From positions 124,001 to 188,000 of the forward strand of contig LSRY02000062.1 of the NCBI GenBank assembly GCA_001643675.2: a stretch of DNA of 64,000 bases. The letters run 5' to 3'. Position 1 is the stretch's first letter, and each line of letters starts with the position of its first letter. A program made the translations under genes and the position numbers. Origin of the DNA: Monocercomonoides exilis PA203 (Eukaryota; Protista; Preaxostyla). Of the stretch, positions 1-6,264 are shown one piece after another. The notes under the pieces are model-generated. The model was not told the origin of the DNA. It worked only from the letters and a program-made list of their open reading frames with translations, and did no database searches.

Positions 1-1010
1 GACATTGCAAAAGCGATATTTATTTGAAGAAAATAAAAGTTGTTCATTTTAATTTGTGGATGGCTGTGGAGCAACAATATTTCCAATGTGAATTTGAAAT
101 TTAATGCGTATGTATTTTTTTATTGTTCAATTGATTGTGAAGATGTTTCCATCCGTATCCTCCCCAAAGTCGTGATTCAGGCAAATTATTTAAAATGAAC
201 AATTTATTTTTTGCAGAGCAGAACAGTGAGGAAGCAAGCCAAATGTTTTCAAACAAATATATTAGAGCTTGAACATATTTTGTTGCAAATGTTTATGCAA
301 CTTTTTTTGGATTCAACACGCGGCATTTCGCAATTCGATGAAAAATGAATTTTGAAGGAGCAGAACATCTGAGTAAACAGATAATTGGAAGGACTTGAAA
401 AAAATTATTTTATTTCAATAATGATTATGATGCACAGTCCGAAGAATTGTGTGGAATAAATGTTTTGCAAGAAATAAATAAGAAGAGAAGAAAAAAGAAA
501 AAGAAAGAGGAAATAATGCTGCACCTGAAACTTGAAGACAAATGAAAGGAAATAGCTGTTTTATTGTTGCAAAAACTTAGAGAAATTGTGGAAAAGATGA
601 TGTTCTGTTGAAATACATCACTGAAATTTTTTTTTGGAAATTTCATTTTCAAATTTCTTTTTTGGGATAAATCCTTCAAAAAAATATTTGAAATAGAAAT
701 GAGTATCGTTTATTGTAATTTTTACCCAATTGTTTATCTAAAAACTGCAGTGTTTATAGGTTTTGTTTGAATAATCAAAATTAATCACTAAAAAATATCT
801 TTTGAATATCTTTTCAACTAATTTCAATTTTAAAAACAGCAGAGCATTTTTCGATAAAATGCTTTGAAAAACTTCTTGAACATGCATAATATATATTTTC
901 ATAGAAAATATTTGGCCACCTGATTAATTGCAAAATTCCCCAAAAATTTCAAAATTTCCATTGACAATTTCAAAATTATTGGGTTATTTCAAAATTCGCG
1001 GAGAAAAATC

Positions 1011-1073
1011 TATCTACAACACCTCTTTATTAAGGGAGTGAGCTCTGCATTATGGGCTCAGCCGGTCACAAAA
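1011..1073. repeat. DIRS 3' (right) inverted terminal repeat, 63 bp
   Basis: TATCTACAACACCTCTTTATTAAGGGAGTGAGCTCTGCATTATGGGCTCAGCCGGTCACAAAA is the inverted copy of 5713-5775. The terminal segment is 993-1010. Confidence 0.95.
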
Positions 1074-1549
1074 GTGATGTGTTCAAATGGATGAAGTGTT
1101 AAAATAACATTACAATAAATATATTCTGTGCCTAATGGCATACTGAGGCGTTGCAGGGATTGGCAATTGTCTTTGGCTCGGCTTGGGACGTAGTTTTGGC
1201 ATTTTGTAAACGGCGCTCGATTTAGGCATCGGCAACAGCACACGGCTATCCGCATAGGCTCTTTGTATTGGCTAGCTGTTCACGTTCTTGGTATTCCTTT
1301 GGTGTGGCTTTATCTTTGGCTTGTTCTGTTGATTTCATCAATGATATCTGTGTTATTTTGACTCAATTAATTTCATTGTATTTCTTTCTCCTTGAATATC
1401 TCTTCCATTATTCCAGGTTGTGAATTATTATTTAAAGGTCTTGGCTTGGGAAAATTACTGGAATGATTGGACCACGTCCGTTCGGTGGAACATAATTTAT
1501 TTAAAACACGAAGTGTGAAGCGGAGGGAGGAGCTATGCTCTGGGAGGGA

Positions 1550-1651
1550 AAAGAGGTGTTGTAGATAGATTTTTCTCCGCGAATTAAAGTACAAAGTACC
1601 TTAATTCTAGAGAAAAACCGTTATCTACAACACCTCTTTATTAAGGGAGTG
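1550..1651. repeat. DIRS internal complementary region (ICR) with circular junction
   Basis: 1550-1585 is the exact reverse complement of 993-1028 (36 bp). 1583-1651 is the exact reverse complement of 5746-5814 (69 bp). The two halves overlap at ATT (1583-1585), the 3-nt junction typical of DIRS1. Confidence 0.95.
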
Positions 1652-2563
1652 TTCATAGTTGGGCAAATCTTTGCATTTACATATTTCAGTGCGTATATCA
1701 GTCCTATCTGTCTCTGGTTCTCCTCTGGTAATTTCTGGTTCATTCCTCTTTGCAGTATTATTGTCCTCTGGCTCTTCAACACTCGTTGGAAATATTATCG
1801 CTTGATTAGGCTGTGTCGCTGGAAAAGTTTGCTGCGATGGAAGATCTGGGGAAGGCGCTTGTGTAGAAAAAGGTTCGGCTGTTGAATCCGCGTGATTAAG
1901 TGGTTGAAGCGGAGGAAGACCAAACATTATGGTTGTTGTTTGCTGAGTGGCACAGAAGGGAATGCCCTCTATCTGTTTTGAAATGCAGCTCTTCTCAACA
2001 ACTGTGCTTTCATCTTGTTGGGAGCTATCTTCCTCTGAGGCAAGGAGTGCGCGGGCCATCCGGTTTGCCAGGTTCGCTTTGTAGTATGATCTGGACGGAG
2101 TGTGAGCAGTTGTTGATAGGCGTGCGTGTTTGGCGATGCACACCTCCGGGACACCACTTGATGCTAGCTTGGATATCGATGCGTGCTTAATCGTATATGG
2201 TCTGTATTCGTCAGGAACTCCTGCTTTCCGCAAACCTATTCTAGCAAGCGTTCTTATCCCCTTTGCAGTTAACGGTGTATGGTGCGTTGTATTAAGAAGG
2301 AACGTATCTCTATTTTCATACGTTGCTTTGACTCTCTCCCAAAGGGTGTGAATAGCTCTTGCAGGACATATTCGTTTGTGAACCTCCTCCAGGCATGGAA
2401 CAGTAATGTATTCCCTGGATCTGGAAGTCTTAAGTCTTGTGGATAGATAAATCGCATCACTTTCGAATATTGAGTTAGCCATTGATATCTGCTCAAGCTC
2501 ATGGAATCGACATGAAGTGAACAGCATAACAAGCAAAATGCACTTCACAGTCAGGTCAAAAAA
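1625..2563 (-). CDS. DIRS tyrosine recombinase catalytic domain (in the -1 frame relative to ORF3)
   Basis: DLTVKCILLVMLFTSCRFHEL (Arg-I), RLKT (Lys), ICPARAI, RPYTIKHAS (HxxR position) and SRSYY (Tyr nucleophile position). The stop codon lies inside the ICR. Confidence 0.88.
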   Translation of the reverse strand, partial: FFDLTVKCILLVMLFTSCRFHELEQISMANSIFESDAIYLSTRLKTSRSREYITVPCLEEVHKRICPARAIHTLWERVKATYENRDTFLLNTTHHTPLTAKGIRTLARIGLRKAGVPDEYRPYTIKHASISKLASSGVPEVCIAKHARLSTTAHTPSRSYYKANLANRMARALLASEEDSSQQDESTVVEKSCISKQIEGIPFCATQQTTTIMFGLPPLQPLNHADSTAEPFSTQAPSPDLPSQQTFPATQPNQAIIFPTSVEEPEDNNTAKRNEPEITRGEPETDRTDIRTEICKCKDLPNYEHSLNKEVL

Positions 2564-4869
2564 GAAAGATACTCGTTCAGCCCGTAGTTCTCGTAATATG
2601 ACAGCACGATGTCGGGGCTCCACATCTTTGTGTACGGCTTTCGATGGGTTTGGGAAAATGAAAACGATCTGAATATTGTGCTTATTAAACTAACTTTACT
2701 CAAGTCCTTACCATATACCGTCTTGGAAAAGAGTGAAATCGCTGACCGTGTAGCACACAGGCATGAATATTTACCACCTTTGTCTCTCATGGATAGTAGA
2801 CAATTTGCACAATCCATTGACCATTCATCGAAATATTTCGGGAACGGCCCCAGTTTCAACTCTTCCCATTCCCTGCTGAAGTGTGCAAAGCCAAATGTGT
2901 ATTGATTCCATGTGGACTTTGCTATGCTCTCCTTCGTAACGGAAATGATCCTATCCGGGACTCCGCAGATCCTGAGGCTTTTCCACCACCATTCTTCTCC
3001 AACTTCTCTTACCAATTGATTGTTACTGCCATGTATCCCCCGGGAGGCAGTGCTGCACCCGTTCTCCTCAGGCCTGCTCCCGGGATTAAAACCGCTTTCG
3101 AGTTCCTCCAAACGTAATGTTGAGACATCATCTCTTCCAGTAAGTTGCTCCATATCTGATTCCTCCATGCCGGAAGAAGGATGATTGCTCTCGCTCTCTC
3201 TGCTTTTGCTTTCTTGAGACTCGGAAGAATCAACGGAATGGGAGGGTGAATGAGCATTGTGTTCCTTGTCCAATCTGCCGTGAGACCATCTTGAGCGAAC
3301 GGACTTCCTGGACCATACCATATCTCCTTCCTCTTGTTTCCTTCGTTTGCGAAACCGTCTATCTCTGCTATCACTCCGAGAGCCCTCTCCGCTTCCTTCA
3401 GACATTGACTCCTTATCATATAATCTCCTGCGGCCTCCAACCTGGACAATGCGTCTGCGGTTGTGTTTTTCTCCCCTGGAATGTGGATTGCTGTCATCGT
3501 CAATTTCATCGACTGACATGTGGCCTTGATCTTTCTCAATAACGGCAGGAGGTTGGGTCCCGCACCCCACCTGTTGATGTTGAACACTACACTGGTGTTG
3601 TCGGAACGGAGAAGGATCTTGCACACATGGTTGTGAGTGATTTGTGATGAAAAATTGTTGAGAGCCAATAAAACTGCAAGGAGCTCCTTGAAATTGGATG
3701 TTTGGAGCCTTGTGATGTTGCTGAACTGTTTGTGAAAGTGAAATCTCTCTCCTCCAACTGCCAAGGTCGCTCCGCAAGCCCAAGGGGAAGCATCTGTCGT
3801 TAATATGGCGTCGGGCTTCGAGAAGTCCACCAGTTCTCTGATGTAATTCTCCTTGAGCCTTTGAATCCAGATGTCCAATTGTCTTTTTATGCTGCTGTTC
3901 AAGAGAACCGCTCCTTCCCAGCCATCTTTCTTGACCTGCTTGTTCAGTAAATGGTACATTTTGTTCATGTATAAAGAGGCGTCTTTGTACACGAACCGTG
4001 CGGCGCTGAGCTGACCTATGAATGAAGCGAAGTCTCTCGTTTTTGCAAAGCTGCTCTTCCTCACCCTCTTCATCCATTTGATACACTCTTTCCTCAGTTC
4101 CCTGCGTCTCTGTTGTTCCATTGAGACAACCATCCGGCTCGTATTCCACGTCCATCCGAGATAGTTGAAGTTCTTCTTGGGGAAGAACTCGCTCTTCTCC
4201 CTGTTGATGATTAAGCCCAACTGTTGAAACCACTCGACAATTTCTTGTGTTGCCAACTTCAGCTTGACTTGATCTGGATCCAGCAATAGGACATCGTCCA
4301 AGTAGGAAATGCACCTCACCTTCCATCTTCTTCGGATTTCTTGCGAAACTTTTCTCATGACTTTCGTGAAAATTCTCGGTGCGTCTTTGAATCCGAAGGG
4401 CATGCCTTTGAACCCGTAGAATCTCTCTTCGAACTTGAAGGCTAGGAATGGGGTGAATTCCTTGTGAACTGGGATCAGGAAATAAGCCTGAGATAGATCT
4501 AGTGAGGTTGCGAAATCTCCCTTTTGGATCAGTCTCTCCACAGTGCGATGGTCTTCCATTTTGAAATGAATATCTTTCAGTGCGGAATTGAGTGCACGGC
4601 AATCGAGGATTTGACGGAACTTCCCTGTCTTTTTCTTTATGAAAAATATGTTGTTCAAGCAACAGACCTCTCCTTCTTGTAACTGTGTTAATATATCTGT
4701 CCTGAGTCCTTCTTGAATCCATTCTGAACAAGCCTCTTTTTCCTCTGTGCCACCCAGGAAGCCTTTGCCTTTCATCTTTTCCTGTTTCAACCTGTCCCTT
4801 GCAGCTCTCCCCTTCCAAATCGGTCTTATCCCGTCTTTTATCCAATTGGTCACTCCGATCTTCTTCCAT
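2551..4869 (-). CDS. DIRS ORF3, 5' part: long ORF overlapping RT in another frame, ending in the YR core-binding domain
   Basis: Frame is open 4986-2551 (first ATG 4869). The last ~150 aa carry DIRS-YR N-domain motifs (STWNQY..F..F..EW, RSAIS, PYTKMWSPDIVL). It stops just after a T6 run at 2558-2563. Confidence 0.8.
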   Translation of the reverse strand: MEEDRSDQLDKRRDKTDLEGESCKGQVETGKDERQRLPGWHRGKRGLFRMDSRRTQDRYINTVTRRRGLLLEQHIFHKEKDREVPSNPRLPCTQFRTERYSFQNGRPSHCGETDPKGRFRNLTRSISGLFPDPSSQGIHPIPSLQVRREILRVQRHALRIQRRTENFHESHEKSFARNPKKMEGEVHFLLGRCPIAGSRSSQAEVGNTRNCRVVSTVGLNHQQGEERVLPQEELQLSRMDVEYEPDGCLNGTTETQGTEERVYQMDEEGEEEQLCKNERLRFIHRSAQRRTVRVQRRLFIHEQNVPFTEQAGQERWLGRSGSLEQQHKKTIGHLDSKAQGELHQRTGGLLEARRHINDRCFPLGLRSDLGSWRREISLSQTVQQHHKAPNIQFQGAPCSFIGSQQFFITNHSQPCVQDPSPFRQHQCSVQHQQVGCGTQPPAVIEKDQGHMSVDEIDDDSNPHSRGEKHNRRRIVQVGGRRRLYDKESMSEGSGEGSRSDSRDRRFRKRRKQEEGDMVWSRKSVRSRWSHGRLDKEHNAHSPSHSVDSSESQESKSRESESNHPSSGMEESDMEQLTGRDDVSTLRLEELESGFNPGSRPEENGCSTASRGIHGSNNQLVREVGEEWWWKSLRICGVPDRIISVTKESIAKSTWNQYTFGFAHFSREWEELKLGPFPKYFDEWSMDCANCLLSMRDKGGKYSCLCATRSAISLFSKTVYGKDLSKVSLISTIFRSFSFSQTHRKPYTKMWSPDIVLSYYENYGLNEYLSFLT

Positions 4870-4967
4870 TCCTCGGCAAAGGCTTGGGTGCGGCCCCCTA
4901 CTTTCTCCGAAAAAAATTGCTTCTTGATGCTGCACGTGTTGATCTTCCAGTTCCCGAGCTTGTAGAT
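3009..4967 (-). CDS. DIRS ORF2: reverse transcriptase + RNase H + Dam-like methyltransferase domain
   Basis: RT motifs KKKTGKFRQILDCRALN, LDLSQAYFLIP, MPFG and YLDD. RNase H motifs TDASPWACG, NFKEL, SDN and HIPGEKNTTADALSR. MT-like IDGFA...HPPIP...LPAW. The frame is open from 4967 and includes the DIRS N-terminal VGGRxxxFxxEW motif upstream of any ATG. Confidence 0.93.
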   Translation of the reverse strand: MYKLGNWKINTCSIKKQFFSEKVGGRTQAFAEEWKKIGVTNWIKDGIRPIWKGRAARDRLKQEKMKGKGFLGGTEEKEACSEWIQEGLRTDILTQLQEGEVCCLNNIFFIKKKTGKFRQILDCRALNSALKDIHFKMEDHRTVERLIQKGDFATSLDLSQAYFLIPVHKEFTPFLAFKFEERFYGFKGMPFGFKDAPRIFTKVMRKVSQEIRRRWKVRCISYLDDVLLLDPDQVKLKLATQEIVEWFQQLGLIINREKSEFFPKKNFNYLGWTWNTSRMVVSMEQQRRRELRKECIKWMKRVRKSSFAKTRDFASFIGQLSAARFVYKDASLYMNKMYHLLNKQVKKDGWEGAVLLNSSIKRQLDIWIQRLKENYIRELVDFSKPDAILTTDASPWACGATLAVGGERFHFHKQFSNITRLQTSNFKELLAVLLALNNFSSQITHNHVCKILLRSDNTSVVFNINRWGAGPNLLPLLRKIKATCQSMKLTMTAIHIPGEKNTTADALSRLEAAGDYMIRSQCLKEAERALGVIAEIDGFANEGNKRKEIWYGPGSPFAQDGLTADWTRNTMLIHPPIPLILPSLKKAKAERARAIILLPAWRNQIWSNLLEEMMSQHYVWRNSKAVLIPGAGLRRTGAALPPGGYMAVTINW

Positions 4968-5734
4968 CTAGATTTCCATGAACCAATTCTCCTTGTTCTT
5001 TGTGACAAGTGTGAAGCAGAGCTTCCCTGTCTCCGCTCTGTTCTGGCCTGCAACATTGGCTTAATCCTCTCCAGCTGCTCTGTGGTCAATAACGGATCAT
5101 CCTTTTCTTCTTGAAGTGTTTTGGCGGCCTTGAAACCGAATCTGGCTTGAATGCGCATGTGGCGAGCCGCTTGGAGAGCTGCGACTGTAAGCATCATTGC
5201 ATCTTCCTGGTGTTGTTGTGCTTCTTCTGTTGTCCCTCGTGTTGCCATCAACATCGCTTTCAAAGCGGGCATTAATAAAGATTCCACATTATACGCTCCT
5301 TCGTCTAAAGCATCGGAGAACCAACTTTGCGATCGCGAATGTGGATGAGTCGTAGCAGGCAGGAACTGGGGGACCGATAAGGATTCGTAATCTCGTAATG
5401 TCTGGAGTAGATCTCCTTGATCAACACGATAAGCAAATATTGTACTCTGCAAGTTTTCTCCAAAGTATAATTTAGCTGCCTCTAATAGAGGTTGTGTTGG
5501 GGAATGAGGCAAGCCAACTGAACTAGTTGATGTTGAGGTTGTCGAGGTTGTTGAGGACATAGCTGACATGGCTGGGAATTGGGATCCTGGGGCCTCTGTT
5601 GTTGGAATGGAGATGGGAGGCGCCATTCCCATACCGCCTGTAGGTCCGCTTTGCGGGAATATCCCGCTCAGTCCCGACGCAGGTCCTTCCAACAAAGTTG
5701 TCATCTTTCGAATTTTGTGATCGGCTGAGCCCAT
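4898..5734 (-). CDS. DIRS ORF1, gag-like protein (278 aa)
   Basis: First ORF after the 5' ITR, with a helical core and a basic Arg/Ser-rich C-terminus. Assigned by position; no zinc knuckle is visible. Confidence 0.75.
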   Translation of the reverse strand: MGSADHKIRKMTTLLEGPASGLSGIFPQSGPTGGMGMAPPISIPTTEAPGSQFPAMSAMSSTTSTTSTSTSSVGLPHSPTQPLLEAAKLYFGENLQSTIFAYRVDQGDLLQTLRDYESLSVPQFLPATTHPHSRSQSWFSDALDEGAYNVESLLMPALKAMLMATRGTTEEAQQHQEDAMMLTVAALQAARHMRIQARFGFKAAKTLQEEKDDPLLTTEQLERIKPMLQARTERRQGSSASHLSQRTRRIGSWKSRSTSSGTGRSTRAASRSNFFRRK

Positions 5735-5775
5735 AATGCAGAGCTCACTCCCTTAATAAAGAGGTGTTGTAGATA
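5713..5775. repeat. DIRS 5' (left) inverted terminal repeat, 63 bp
   Basis: Reverse complement of 1011-1073 at 62/63 identity (mismatch at 5721). Imperfect similarity continues to ~5794, then a ~20-bp extension to 5814. It contains the gag ATG (5734). Confidence 0.95.
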
Positions 5776-6264
5776 ACGGTTTTTCTCTAGAATTAAGGTA
5801 CTTTGTACTTTAATAACCCAATAATTTTGAAATTTTTTTTTATTTCACAATTCATCTATTAAACAAAATATTGGACTTTTTCTGCAATGAATACAGTTTC
5901 AATGATGTTCCTTCAAAAACTTAATAGATTTAAAAAATTCGATGTTCAGAAATTAAGCAATTTTAAATTCTTTGTGAACAAATCTTTTTTCCCGCATTTC
6001 TGAGAAACCATTTCTCTTTATTAGTCTGGGAATTAAAAAAATACCAACAAGGAAAAAACACAATAAAAATTTGTGTTCATACAACCCGAATGAAGTTTCT
6101 TCAACGAATTCAAAAATTTTTTTCTTCAGCGACAAGTGAATGTTTTATTCCAATTAAAACAAAAAAAAATGAGAAATATTTTTTAAATTAAGGCACTGAT
6201 CAAATAATTAATTTGTACTTTTGTTTTGAGTTAACAATCAAAATAACAATTAAAAAAATTAAAA

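Larger units (their letters stand above)
993..5814 (-). mobile_element. Full-length DIRS1-like tyrosine-recombinase retrotransposon (~4.82 kb)
   Basis: ORF order is gag-like, RT/RNaseH/MT, then overlapping YR. ITRs at 1011-1073 and 5713-5775. ICR at 1550-1651 is complementary to both termini, and its halves overlap by 3 nt. AAT occurs at both ends (993-995, 5812-5814). GC is clearly higher than in the flanks. Confidence 0.95.
966..5834. repeat. Host-side inverted repeat arms (966-988 and 5812-5834): a palindromic target site split by the DIRS insertion
   Basis: AATTTCAAAATTATTGGGTTATT (966-988) and AATAACCCAATAATTTTGAAATT (5812-5834) are perfect reverse complements. They lie outside the ICR-defined termini, apart from the shared AAT. 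Confidence 0.85.

Noticed and set aside
1-700. Possible exon fragments at the window start (ORF 425-679)
   Set aside because: No recognisable protein and no consistent gene model could be built by eye.
843-863. Small inverted repeat AGCATTTT...AAAATGCT
   Set aside because: 8-bp AT-rich arms are expected by chance.
1058-1594. Small ORFs (65 and 73 aa) between the ICR and the 3' ITR as an accessory gene
   Set aside because: Short, with no recognisable motifs, and one lacks an ATG start. Treated as 3' non-coding sequence of the element.
1011-1651. Repeated TATCTACAACACCTCTTTATTAAGGGAGTG as a CRISPR-like array or LTR
   Set aside because: The copies are few, unevenly spaced and partly inverted. 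They are fully explained by DIRS ITR/ICR architecture.
966-5834. Interpreting the outer 23-bp inverted repeats as TIRs of a DNA transposon
   Set aside because: There is no transposase and no evident target-site duplication outside the arms. The ICR places the element ends inside them, and the arms rejoin into a simple palindrome.
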